In this document: positions 1-8,932 of the stretch, in pieces
Layout of the letters: every line of letters begins with the position of its first letter
Position numbering within the stretch: position 1 is the first letter of the stretch
DNA from: a bacterium
GTDB lineage: Bacteria > Patescibacteriota > Minisyncoccia > JBDRLZ01
Direction of reading: 5' to 3'
DNA: 47,258 nt
Assembly: GCA_043812555.1 (NCBI GenBank)
Contig: JBDRLZ010000017.1
Location: forward strand, 1 to 47,258
The notes under the pieces: generated by a model
The model's database searches: none
The model's input: the letters and a program-made list of their open reading frames with translations, nothing else
Told to the model about the DNA's origin: nothing
Translations under genes and position numbers: made by a program

Positions 1-834
1 TTGTCCGCAGGGATTTACGCCCAAAGATTTAATCTGGATTTTTTGATTATTGGCAAAGTTCCTGGCGGCACAGCAATTGAAGCATGGCAAGTAGAAAATT
101 ATCCTGGGTTTAAATCTATTTCTGGTTTAGATCTAATGCAAAAATTTCAAGAACAACTTGGACAAAAAATTATTCAGGAAAATACTGAGAAGATAACAAA
201 AAAATTTGAAGTTTATACTAATAAAAACAAATATCAATCTAAAAGCTTGATTCTAGCTATGGGGAATAAGACCAGAAAATTGGGTCTGGAAAACGAAGAA
301 AAATTTTTAGGCAAAGGCATATCTTACTGCGTCACCTGCGACGGCCCATTGTTTAAAGATAAAATCGTGGCAATTGTTGGCGGCGGCAATGCGGCTTTAA
401 CCGGCGCCCTAGAATTAGCCAATATCGCTAAAAAAGTTTATTTAATTCATCGGCGCGATGAATTTCGAGCTGACCCAATTTGGCAGGAGAAAGTCAAGCA
501 AAACTCAAAAATAAAAATAATTTTTAATGCTCAAGTAGTTAAAATAAAAGGCGATAAAATTTTAGAAAAAATAGTTTTAGATAATAATCAGGAGCTAAAA
601 GTTGATGGTTTGTTTATAGAAATCGGCACAACGCCAAGCAGTAGTTTAGCACAAGATTTAGGCATTAAATTAGAAAATGATTTTATTATTGTTGATAAAA
701 ATCAGGCAACAAATATCCCCGGAGTTTTTGCCGCTGGCGATATCACTAATAATCCCTTAAAACAAATTATCAGCGCTTGCGGTCAAGGTGCTGTCGCGGC
801 TTTTAATGCTTTCCAATTATGCCAAAAAATATAA
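1..834 (+). CDS. trxB: thioredoxin-disulfide reductase-like flavoprotein, 5' end cut by window edge
   Basis: Has the CVTCDG redox-active dicysteine, the GGGNAA...HRRDEFRA NADPH-binding region and the GVFAAGD FAD motif near the C-terminus. About 15-20 N-terminal residues are missing. Confidence 0.85.
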   Translation: MSAGIYAQRFNLDFLIIGKVPGGTAIEAWQVENYPGFKSISGLDLMQKFQEQLGQKIIQENTEKITKKFEVYTNKNKYQSKSLILAMGNKTRKLGLENEEKFLGKGISYCVTCDGPLFKDKIVAIVGGGNAALTGALELANIAKKVYLIHRRDEFRADPIWQEKVKQNSKIKIIFNAQVVKIKGDKILEKIVLDNNQELKVDGLFIEIGTTPSSSLAQDLGIKLENDFIIVDKNQATNIPGVFAAGDITNNPLKQIISACGQGAVAAFNAFQLCQKI

Positions 835-1889
835 AAATTGATCACATTGCAAAATCCGAAGGCCATATGGGTTTTGTCGCTCATATTTTAAAAGGCGATA
901 TTAAATCAGCCCGCTTAGAAGTTCACGAAGGATCCCGTTTAATAGAAGGGCTCTTAATCGGCCGACAGTACGATGAAGCGCCGATTATAACATCGCGAAT
1001 CTGCGGGATTTGTCCGATTGTCCATAATATCTGTTCTTTAAAAGCAATAGAAAGCGCGCTGGATATTAAAATCTCTAAGCAAACAAAATTATTAAGAAAA
1101 TTATTATTATATGCTCAAATTATTCAGAGCCATACTCTGCATTTGTTTATGCTTTCCGAGAGTAAAAAAATTCTGCCAATCCGCGATTGGATTAATAAAT
1201 TTGTAGAAATAATTGCTGGCCGAGCGATTCACCCCCTAACAACAATGATCGCCGGGTTTAGAAAACTGCCTGATATTAAAGCATTAAAAAAATTAATGCG
1301 CGAGCATAACAAAATTTTAAAATTAGCTCTTAAATTAATTCCAGAACATAAAGACCAGCCTGATTTTTACAGAAAAACAGAATTCCGCGCTTTAAAAACT
1401 ATCTATGGAGATGGCATAGAAATAATACCAGTTGAAATTCAAAAAGGCGTTGTCCAAAGAACAGAAAACACTTATATGCTCGGCGCAATTGCTCGTTTGC
1501 ATCTTTATAAAGATTATGAGCATGATTTAAAAATGCCATGCTATAATACTTTTTATAATCTTTATGCCCAAGCGCTTGAAATTGCTTATTATTTAGAGAA
1601 AATCAAAAAATTACTGCCAAAAAGATTTAAAAAATCCAATATTAAATATAAAATAAAAGCAGGAATTGGACGATCTGCTTGCGAAGCTCCCCGGGGCACG
1701 CTTTATCATAACTATGAAATAGACAAAACAGGCAAGATTATTAATGCCAATATTATTACACCGACAGCCCAGTTTTTAAATAATCTTGAGGCTGACTTAA
1801 AAGAGTATTTAAAAGATGACTGGGATCCGGAAAAAGCTAAAAATTTAATTCGGGCATATGATCCTTGTATTTCCTGCGCCGTGCATTAA
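819..1889 (+). CDS. [NiFe]-hydrogenase large (catalytic) subunit, compact 356-aa form
   Basis: Has N-terminal RICGICPIVH (RxCGxCxxxH), internal EAPRGTLYH, and C-terminal DPCISCAVH followed directly by the stop codon. The ATG overlaps the trxB-like 3' end by 16 nt. Confidence 0.75.
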   Translation: MPKNIKIDHIAKSEGHMGFVAHILKGDIKSARLEVHEGSRLIEGLLIGRQYDEAPIITSRICGICPIVHNICSLKAIESALDIKISKQTKLLRKLLLYAQIIQSHTLHLFMLSESKKILPIRDWINKFVEIIAGRAIHPLTTMIAGFRKLPDIKALKKLMREHNKILKLALKLIPEHKDQPDFYRKTEFRALKTIYGDGIEIIPVEIQKGVVQRTENTYMLGAIARLHLYKDYEHDLKMPCYNTFYNLYAQALEIAYYLEKIKKLLPKRFKKSNIKYKIKAGIGRSACEAPRGTLYHNYEIDKTGKIINANIITPTAQFLNNLEADLKEYLKDDWDPEKAKNLIRAYDPCISCAVH

Positions 1890-1943
1890 GTCTGTGGATA
1901 ACTTTTTCGCAAGAAACTGCAATTTGTGTTAAAATTAAAGCAA

Positions 1944-2390
1944 ATGCGATTAAAAAAAATAATTTTAATAATTGGCGGGTTTATTATTTTAAGCTTGGTT
2001 GGCTTGGGCCTAATTGGCTATTATGCTAGCAACCAAGAAATTCCAGAAAAACCGGAAATTCAAGTTGTTTCTTTTATTGGCGAGATTATTGAGATTGGCG
2101 ATGGCTTTATAAAAATTCAAGTCAGCGCTGCGCAGAATCAGGGCATAGAAGAAGATAATGCAATTATTACTGTTAAAACAACAGAAAGCACAAAATATTT
2201 GGAAAGAGAAATTCCTAAGCAAATTCCAGAGGGCAAAAGCCCCCAGGATTTTTTTAAGCAAAAAGAGATTGCTTTTTCTGATTTAAAAATAGGGGATGAT
2301 GTTGTGGCAGTAGGACAGGGGAATATTGCTTGGGAAAAGAAATTTATAGCTCAAAGTATTTTGAGGACGAAATTAGTAGATGTAGAATAA
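1944..2390 (+). CDS. membrane-anchored hypothetical protein
   Basis: The ORF has an N-terminal hydrophobic helix (IILIIGGFIILSLVGLGLIGY). ATG at 1944 is preferred over GTG at 1926. No recognisable catalytic motif. Confidence 0.45.
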   Translation: MRLKKIILIIGGFIILSLVGLGLIGYYASNQEIPEKPEIQVVSFIGEIIEIGDGFIKIQVSAAQNQGIEEDNAIITVKTTESTKYLEREIPKQIPEGKSPQDFFKQKEIAFSDLKIGDDVVAVGQGNIAWEKKFIAQSILRTKLVDVE

Positions 2391-2392
2391 TT

Positions 2393-4168
2393 ATGATGAT
2401 TGCAAAAAAAATTTTATTAATTACAGGAACAGCAATCTCAATTTTTTTAGCGATGCCTATTGCGGCAAATGCGCAAGGGACTTGCGAAACAGTAAAAGCA
2501 GGACCATTAACCGGCTTTCCTACGAATTGCAGAAGCGGCAGCGCTAATTGTTATGGCACATGGGTGTCGCTTGGTCCGAGCGGGATTCCGATGTGCGGCA
2601 TAAGGTATCAGTGCCAAGGTGGTACTCCAAACCCGCCAGCATGCGGAAGCTGTGATGGATCTTGCCCGCCAGGACCGACGGTTTGCCAGAGTAATCCCAC
2701 TTGTTGGGGGGGCGGCTGTTCTGGCCCATGTAGTTATTCAACATCAGATGTTAGCTGTGGTCCTTCGCAAGTATGGAACATATTTTCTGGTCCAAATAAT
2801 TGCGATACATGCTATAGAGCCGCCAGTAGTCCATCAATTGGTTTTTATTGCCCTTCAGGTTGCGAAAGCGTTTCGCCGACTTGTAGTTGTGTGCCGGATT
2901 GGACTTGCGGCTCTTGGACTCCTGCTGATTGTGGTCCAGCAGGAGGTTGTGCAATAGGCACAAGGCTTTATACAAGAATTTGCACTCCCAGTGCTTGCGG
3001 CACAACATCTCAATGCATAGCTGATCCTACTTGTATTAGCCCTCCCTCCGCCCCAACATGGCCAACGCCTAATAATACGGGCGTTACAACTTCTTCAATA
3101 AACTGGAACTGGAATGATTCAGTGGGAGCTACTGATTATAATGTTTATACTGGCGCAGGCGGTTTTCTTATTTCTCGAAATTCAAGCGATTATAACCAAA
3201 CATCTCTCCTGCCTGACACAGAATATAGCGTCAAAGTTACTGCTTGCAATATTCCCGGCTGTTCTGGATTTTCTGCTATTGCTAAAGCATTTACTGTTGC
3301 AAAACCCGATCTTGTTGTTGAAAACCTATTTACCACGCCAGGAGCTCTGGTTGTTGGCAATTCAGCCAGCTTTTCCGGCACAGTTAAAAATCAAAGCGGC
3401 AGTCCTGCCGCAGCCACAAAGACCCGTTTGCGAATTGACGCAGACTTAGTTGACCCTTGGAGCAGCGACACATGGGGACCGCCGCCAATCAATAAACCAA
3501 CAGGCGCCTTAGCTGTTGGCGCAACAGAGCTGGTGACTTGGGACAATGCCTGGATAGTCAGCTATGGCACGCATAGATTTGAGATTTGCGCAGATATTTT
3601 AAACGATGTCATTGAATCTGATGAGACAACTGCAAGTAATTGCGAAGAGATGGTCTTTAGTGTGGCTACTGCCCCGCCAATTGCTGGCGCAAGTGCCGAG
3701 GGGCAATGTGATTATTCGCCAGAATATGCTCCTGGCACTTCGATTAGTTTAGCAACTGATGCTACTAATTGTGCAAGCTCTGATCCTGATGGAACAATTA
3801 GAAAATTTGAATGGGATTTTGAATGGGATGGAACACCTGGCAACCTTTATGATTATTCCTGTTGCTCTTTTCTCTGCACTGATTCAATAGTTGACGGTGC
3901 CTGCAACACATCTCGCGCATATAATATAGGCGCTATAGCTCAACTAAGAGTAACTGATGACTCTGACGCAACATCTACAGATACAGTAAATATTAATATT
4001 TGCAGTATTGACTGCTATGATGATACAGACTGCGATGACGGGAATCCTTTGACTAAAGATGTCTGCTTAATAGATTACGATCCATGCAATAATCAATGTA
4101 GTTATACGCCGATTACGATTATAAATATTGAATTCTGGCGAGAAATTCTTCCAAAATTTACACCATAA
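2393..4168 (+). CDS. secreted cysteine-rich surface protein with FN3-like, CARDB-like and PKD-like segments (putative adhesin)
   Basis: The internal ATG at 2393 lies just after the upstream stop and yields the signal peptide MMIAKKILLITGTAISIFLAMPIAANAQ. The first ~220 aa are extremely Cys/Gly/Pro-rich. Also present are an FN3-like segment (WNWNDSVGATDYNVY), a CARDB-like segment (PDLVVENL...GNSASFSGTVKNQG) and a PKD-like DPDGTIRKFEWDF. Confidence 0.6.
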   Translation: MMIAKKILLITGTAISIFLAMPIAANAQGTCETVKAGPLTGFPTNCRSGSANCYGTWVSLGPSGIPMCGIRYQCQGGTPNPPACGSCDGSCPPGPTVCQSNPTCWGGGCSGPCSYSTSDVSCGPSQVWNIFSGPNNCDTCYRAASSPSIGFYCPSGCESVSPTCSCVPDWTCGSWTPADCGPAGGCAIGTRLYTRICTPSACGTTSQCIADPTCISPPSAPTWPTPNNTGVTTSSINWNWNDSVGATDYNVYTGAGGFLISRNSSDYNQTSLLPDTEYSVKVTACNIPGCSGFSAIAKAFTVAKPDLVVENLFTTPGALVVGNSASFSGTVKNQSGSPAAATKTRLRIDADLVDPWSSDTWGPPPINKPTGALAVGATELVTWDNAWIVSYGTHRFEICADILNDVIESDETTASNCEEMVFSVATAPPIAGASAEGQCDYSPEYAPGTSISLATDATNCASSDPDGTIRKFEWDFEWDGTPGNLYDYSCCSFLCTDSIVDGACNTSRAYNIGAIAQLRVTDDSDATSTDTVNINICSIDCYDDTDCDDGNPLTKDVCLIDYDPCNNQCSYTPITIINIEFWREILPKFTP

Positions 4169-4170
4169 CT

Positions 4171-5019
4171 ATGCTTGACTTATTTGATAAAAAATCAAAA
4201 GAGCTTCTCGGCATTGACATTGGCACAAAACAGATAAAAATGATAGAATTAGACAAGCCAGCAAAAAAGCCAATTTTAAAAAATTACGCTATAATTGCTG
4301 TCAAAGACGGCGATCTTCAGAAACTAACCAGCAAAGAAATAGCTGATATTTTAAAACTGGCTATTAGTCAAGCAAAAATTAAAACTAAAGACACGGTCAT
4401 GTCTTTGCCTGCTTTTTCGACATTTTTAGCCTTAATTAAAATTCCTAATGCGCCGGAAAACGAAGAAGAACTTGATCAACTCATTAAAATAGAAGCAAGA
4501 AAATATATTCCAGTCCCTCTTGAAGAAGTTAGTTTGGGCTGGGCTCGCTCAAACGAGCAAATTCTGCTTATTGCCGTGCCAAAAGATATTGTTAACCGTT
4601 ATGGCCAAATTGCCCAGGAAGCAGGATTAGATTTAAAAGCGCTTGAAGCCGAAACATTTTCTCTTGCCCGCTCTTTAGCAAGCGATGTCAAAGAATCAGC
4701 AGTTATAATTGACGCTGGCGCGCACAGCACTAATGTCAGTTTAATAGAAAACGGCAAAGTAAAAATGAACCGTACGCTAGAACAGCCAAATCCTGAACAA
4801 ATAAAAAATATAATTAACCCGTCTGTCAAAAAAATTATTTTTACCGGCGGCAAAGCAACCCAAGAACTAATTTCAAATTTTAATAATTTTGATAGTTGTG
4901 AAATTGGCAATCCATGGCAGAATCTTATTTATCCAAAAGAATTAGAACCAATATTAACAAGCCTAAGCCCTTCTTTTGCAGTGGCAATCGGGCTGGCTCT
5001 TAGAGGATTTAATGGCTAG
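4171..5019 (+). CDS. pilM: type IV pilus assembly protein PilM (actin-like ATPase fold), short form
   Basis: Has the N-terminal LGIDIGTKQIKMIEL phosphate-1-like motif. It lies directly upstream of pilN/pilO-like genes and starts 2 nt after the upstream stop. Confidence 0.7.
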   Translation: MLDLFDKKSKELLGIDIGTKQIKMIELDKPAKKPILKNYAIIAVKDGDLQKLTSKEIADILKLAISQAKIKTKDTVMSLPAFSTFLALIKIPNAPENEEELDQLIKIEARKYIPVPLEEVSLGWARSNEQILLIAVPKDIVNRYGQIAQEAGLDLKALEAETFSLARSLASDVKESAVIIDAGAHSTNVSLIENGKVKMNRTLEQPNPEQIKNIINPSVKKIIFTGGKATQELISNFNNFDSCEIGNPWQNLIYPKELEPILTSLSPSFAVAIGLALRGFNG

Positions 5020-5512
5020 AATAAATTTAATGCCCGAGGGCTTTAAAAGCCAGAGCAAACCAAAATTTATAATTATATTAATTATTGGCTATTTATTATT
5101 TGGCTTGTCTGTGATAAGTTTTGCAGGCTTTTATTCTTGGCAAGTTTTTTTGCAAAAAAACTTAAATAATTTAGAAAAACAAATTTCTAGCCTGTCCCAA
5201 GAGCAGCTTGACCAGCCGAGAATTAATCGTCTGGGGCAGCTTTTGAATAATCATATTTATTGGTCGCAAGTTTTTCCAAGAATTGAGAAAACAACGCTTG
5301 CTGATGTTTATTTCAGTTCTTTTTCCGGAGACTCTAAGACAGGCATTGTGAATTTAATAGGCAATGTGTCCAGTTACAGCATTTTAGCTAAACAAGTTAA
5401 AGCGTTTGAGCAAGAGTTCCAACAGGTTAAATTTTCAACCAGCGGCTTAGCTAAAGAAGGCGGCTTAAATATTAATATTGAACTTCATGGAGTTAAATTA
5501 TTTAAAGATTAA
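5012..5512 (+). CDS. pilN: type IV pilus assembly protein PilN-like
   Basis: Has the MARINLMPEG start (PilN INLLP signature) followed by one TM helix. The ATG overlaps the pilM stop (ATGGCTAG). Confidence 0.6.
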   Translation: MARINLMPEGFKSQSKPKFIIILIIGYLLFGLSVISFAGFYSWQVFLQKNLNNLEKQISSLSQEQLDQPRINRLGQLLNNHIYWSQVFPRIEKTTLADVYFSSFSGDSKTGIVNLIGNVSSYSILAKQVKAFEQEFQQVKFSTSGLAKEGGLNINIELHGVKLFKD

Positions 5513-6011
5513 AAAATTTATTCCAGTTTTGTTGATTTTGGGATTTATCTTAATTTTGCTTTTTTTAATTATTCCTGGTCAAAGCAAAATTAAAAATTTA
5601 AAATTATCTATTAAAGCAAAGCAGGAGGCGCTGCAAAACCAAGAACAACAAAGCCAGCTTTTTCAAGAACTTAAAGAATCAAAAAAGCTTGAGGAGTTAA
5701 ATCAGATTCTGCCAAGTAATCCAGAGGTTCCGGAGCTGCTGCTCCAGTTGGAAAATATGGCTTCGCAAAATAATTTAATTTTAAAATCAATTAATTTTAC
5801 TGAAAGTCAAAACGAGATTACTGCCCAAGCAACACTAGCTGGATCTTATAACGCGTTAAAAAATTATATCCAGGCTCTTGAAAATAATCTGCGATTAATC
5901 GATCTTGTGAGTTTAAATTTTCAAAGCCCCAAAGACGGCTCTTATTATAATTTTAATTTAACTATTAAAGCCTATTACGAGCCAAAAGCGAGTAAAAAGG
6001 TTCTTGAGTAA
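5478..6011 (+). CDS. pilO: type IV pilus assembly protein PilO-like
   Basis: Has an N-terminal TM helix, a coiled-coil, then a small alpha/beta region. It occupies the position after pilN. The call rests on architecture and synteny. Confidence 0.5.
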   Translation: MNFMELNYLKIKKFIPVLLILGFILILLFLIIPGQSKIKNLKLSIKAKQEALQNQEQQSQLFQELKESKKLEELNQILPSNPEVPELLLQLENMASQNNLILKSINFTESQNEITAQATLAGSYNALKNYIQALENNLRLIDLVSLNFQSPKDGSYYNFNLTIKAYYEPKASKKVLE

Positions 6012-6028
6012 AGCGAAAGGTTCTTATT

Positions 6029-6277
6029 ATGGTTCTGGACAAAAAACAAAAAATATTACTGATTAGTTTTATTATTATTATTTTAGCCACTGCTTGTTTG
6101 CTTTATTGGAATTATAGTGGCGCAATAATTAAAACAGGGAATCAAGAGATTTTACAAGAATCAACCCAGTTTGATTTTTCTGTTTTTCAAGATCCGCGTT
6201 TGCAAGAGTTAAAAAATTCAGGCCAAGATATTAATGTTGGGCAAATCGGCCGCGAAAACCCCTTTACGCCGAATTAA
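6029..6277 (+). CDS. small single-pass membrane protein, last gene of the pilMNO block
   Basis: An 82-aa ORF with one TM helix (ILLISFIIIILATACLLYW). It lies on the same strand, 17 nt after pilO. Confidence 0.4.
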   Translation: MVLDKKQKILLISFIIIILATACLLYWNYSGAIIKTGNQEILQESTQFDFSVFQDPRLQELKNSGQDINVGQIGRENPFTPN

Positions 6278-6285
6278 TTACGCTT

Positions 6286-6333
6286 CTTTAAACTTTTCAC
6301 CAATTTTAGAATAAAACTTAGATTATATAAAGT
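6286..6333 (-). repeat. relic copy of the tgt 3' terminus (16 codons) on the far side of pyrF-pyrE
   Basis: The minus-strand reading gives TLYNLSFILKLVKSLK. The true tgt C-terminus at 7756-7803 reads TLHNLNFILKLVKNLR. By manual alignment, 39 of 48 nt and 12 of 16 aa are identical. Confidence 0.6.
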
Positions 6334-6399
6334 TGTTCTTGTTTTTTTAAAAATATTATGATAGTTTGAAAATAACTTTGAAACAGGAGGTTAGATAAA

Positions 6400-7722
6400 A
6401 TGGAGGCAAAAGACAGGTTAATTTTCGCTTTGGACATTGACAAAGAAAAAGCTCTGCCACTTTTAGATCAGCTTCAAGGTAAAGTGGGCATGATTAAAGT
6501 TAATTCTTTAGCTGCTGAATGGCCGGAAGCTGTAGGTGAGATCAAAAGCCGCGGTTTAAAAGTCTGGCGTGATTGGAAACATCATGACATCCCTGGCACA
6601 GTTGCCAATTTTATCAAAGCTGATGTAAAAATTGCAGTGGATATGTGCACGGTGCACACTATTGGCGGTTCAGCAATGATGGAAGCAGCAGTAGAGGCAA
6701 AAGATGCTGATTTAAAAATTTTGGGAATTACTATTCTCACCAGCCATAGCCAACTAAGTTTTAATGTAGAGACTGGAATCCAAGGAGCAATACAGGATAA
6801 AGTAATAGATTTAGCTCTACGGGCTGAAGAAGCTGGGCTAGATGGCGTGGTTGCATCTGCAAAAGAAGCAACAGCTTTACGCAAAGTTCTGAAGCCAAAG
6901 ACTCTGATTGTCACTCCGGGTATCACGCCAATCTGGGCTGCTAAACGCGAGGATCAAGCTCGGGTGACAACGCCCAAGCAAGCAATTATAAATGGCTCTG
7001 ATTATATTGTTGTTGGCAGTGCCATTTATAAAGCAGAAAATCCAGCTGAAGCGGCAGACAAGATTGTTGCTGAAATTAAAGAGGGACTTAAAGAAATAGA
7101 ATGGCGAGTAGACCAACGCGATTTAGCGTTCAAGCTTTTTGACGCTGGTATAATTAAATTCGGCGCTTTTAAGCTCAAGTTGCACGAGAAGCAACCCGAC
7201 GCGCCTTTAAGCCCGATTTATATTGATTTAAGAATTACTAGATCAATACCAGGCCTGCTTGTTGATGTTGCAGAAATTTTAGACAAAAAGGCCGCTAGAG
7301 ATGGGATAGAATTTGAGCTGATAGCTGATATCCCAACAGCTGCCACGCCAATAGTAACAATTATGAGCTTTTTTAATGATAAACCAATGATTTCGCCGAA
7401 AATTTCTAAAACTCACGGCTTGAGCGGTGAGATTGATGGACTTTTTGAACCAGGTCAAAAAGTTTTGTTGATTGACGATTTGGTTACAACCGCGGATTCA
7501 AAAATCGAGGCCGCAGAAATTTTTGAAAAAAATCGACTTATTATTAAAGACATCTTGGTTTTAGTTGACCGCGAACAAGGCGGCCATGAAGCTCTTCTCC
7601 AAGCCGGATACAAACTGCATTCAGTATTTAAAATTACTGAAATGTTGGAATTGTATCTGGAAGCAGGAAGAATAAACCAAGAAAAGTACGATGAGACAAT
7701 CGCCTATTTAAAAGGCGATTAG
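6400..7722 (+). CDS. pyrF: bifunctional orotidine-5'-phosphate decarboxylase / orotate phosphoribosyltransferase (PyrF N-terminal, PyrE C-terminal)
   Basis: The N-terminal half has the OMP decarboxylase signature (LIFALD...DWKHHDIPGTV). The C-terminal half has the PRPP-binding motif VLLIDDLVTTADS. An AGGAGG Shine-Dalgarno (SD) sequence lies 9 nt upstream. Confidence 0.8.
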   Translation: MEAKDRLIFALDIDKEKALPLLDQLQGKVGMIKVNSLAAEWPEAVGEIKSRGLKVWRDWKHHDIPGTVANFIKADVKIAVDMCTVHTIGGSAMMEAAVEAKDADLKILGITILTSHSQLSFNVETGIQGAIQDKVIDLALRAEEAGLDGVVASAKEATALRKVLKPKTLIVTPGITPIWAAKREDQARVTTPKQAIINGSDYIVVGSAIYKAENPAEAADKIVAEIKEGLKEIEWRVDQRDLAFKLFDAGIIKFGAFKLKLHEKQPDAPLSPIYIDLRITRSIPGLLVDVAEILDKKAARDGIEFELIADIPTAATPIVTIMSFFNDKPMISPKISKTHGLSGEIDGLFEPGQKVLLIDDLVTTADSKIEAAEIFEKNRLIIKDILVLVDREQGGHEALLQAGYKLHSVFKITEMLELYLEAGRINQEKYDETIAYLKGD

Positions 7723-7749
7723 TTAGAAAAGAGCTTGCGGATTAAATCC

Positions 7750-8733
7750 TCAAGCTCTTAAATTTTTTACAAGCTTTAGAATAAAATTTAGATTATGTAA
7801 AGTTGCCAAGCGCATGCCAAGGCCTTCTTGGATTGACAAAAGATGCCGGATATAAGCTCGTGAGTAATTTTGGCAGGCTGGACAATCGCAGTTTTTTGAA
7901 ATCGGCCGGAAATCTTTTTGATATTTTTGATTTAAAATATTAATAGTTTTATTTTCAGAGATATATAATCTTCCATGTCGAGCTTCGCGAGCCGGCGCAA
8001 CGCAGTCAAACATATCTACTCCAGCTTTGACAGCTTTTATAATATCTTTTGGCCGGCCAATGCCCATTAAATAAATTGGCTTGTTTTTAGGAAGCAGGGG
8101 ACAGGTCCAATCCAAAACCTGATATAATTTTTCACCAGCCATTCCGCCAATAGCATAACCGTCAAAATCTAATTTAACTAGCTCTTCAGCGCATTTTTCT
8201 CGCAAGTCTTTATAGACAGATCCCTGGATTATCGCGAAAATTTTAGATTTAAAATTTAAGATTTTAGATTTTTTCGCCCATTTTATTGTCAGACGCACAG
8301 CTTCTTTTGCTTCTTGATAAGCGCACGGATACGGCGTGCAAACATCAAGAACCATCGCAATATCAACGCCTAAGTCTTTTTGCATCTCAATAACTTTTTC
8401 TGGAGTTAAAAAATATTTTTTGCCGTCGATCTCTGACATAAATTCAACGCCGTTTTCGCGAATTTTGCGAAACTTGCTTAAACTAAAAACCTGGAATCCG
8501 CCGGAATCAGTTAAAATCGGGCCGTCCCAGTTCATAAATTTATGCAAACCGCCGGCTTTTTTTATTATGTCTATGCCTGGTCTCTGCATCAAGTGATAAG
8601 TATTTGATAAAATAATCTCAGCGCCGATGCTTTTTAGCTCGCCAGAGCTAATATTTTTTACAGCGCCCCTTGTTGCCACCGGCATAAAAGCCGGAAAATT
8701 TATTAAGCCATGATTTGTTTGAAATTTTTTCAT
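7750..8733 (-). CDS. tgt: tRNA-guanine transglycosylase (queuine tRNA-ribosyltransferase)
   Basis: Has the LTDSGGFQ catalytic motif and the zinc site CDCPACQNYSRAYIRHL. Confidence 0.85.
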   Translation of the reverse strand: MKKFQTNHGLINFPAFMPVATRGAVKNISSGELKSIGAEIILSNTYHLMQRPGIDIIKKAGGLHKFMNWDGPILTDSGGFQVFSLSKFRKIRENGVEFMSEIDGKKYFLTPEKVIEMQKDLGVDIAMVLDVCTPYPCAYQEAKEAVRLTIKWAKKSKILNFKSKIFAIIQGSVYKDLREKCAEELVKLDFDGYAIGGMAGEKLYQVLDWTCPLLPKNKPIYLMGIGRPKDIIKAVKAGVDMFDCVAPAREARHGRLYISENKTINILNQKYQKDFRPISKNCDCPACQNYSRAYIRHLLSIQEGLGMRLATLHNLNFILKLVKNLRA

Positions 8734-8915
8734 AGCATATTGATTTTTGTCTTAAAGTAATCAGCCATAATTGATACCTAGCCTTCGGAACTAAATTATA
8801 GGCTTCGTCAATATAAATATAATACATAGGTTAGATACTAACATGCTATTCTATAGACTTCAAGCTTGTTGATAATTTGTCCATAAGCTGTTGAGATAAA
8901 ATATTAATTTTTATA

Positions 8916-8924
8916 TGCTATAAT
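8916..8924 (+). promoter_or_regulatory. extended -10 element TGCTATAAT, 8 nt upstream of the dnaB ATG (leaderless or near-leaderless mRNA)
   Basis: TATAAT at 8919-8924 is preceded by TGC. No SD sequence lies between it and the ATG at 8933. Confidence 0.4.
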
Positions 8925-8932
8925 CTTAACAT

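Noticed and set aside
2010-3449. Track ORFs 2010-2261(-), 2544-2744(-), 2619-2957(+), 2751-3008(-), 3114-3449(+) and 3190-3381(-)
   Set aside because: All lie inside or antisense to the well-supported membrane protein and Cys-rich surface protein genes. They have no start context or motifs. They are typical shadow ORFs in a locally G+C-richer gene.
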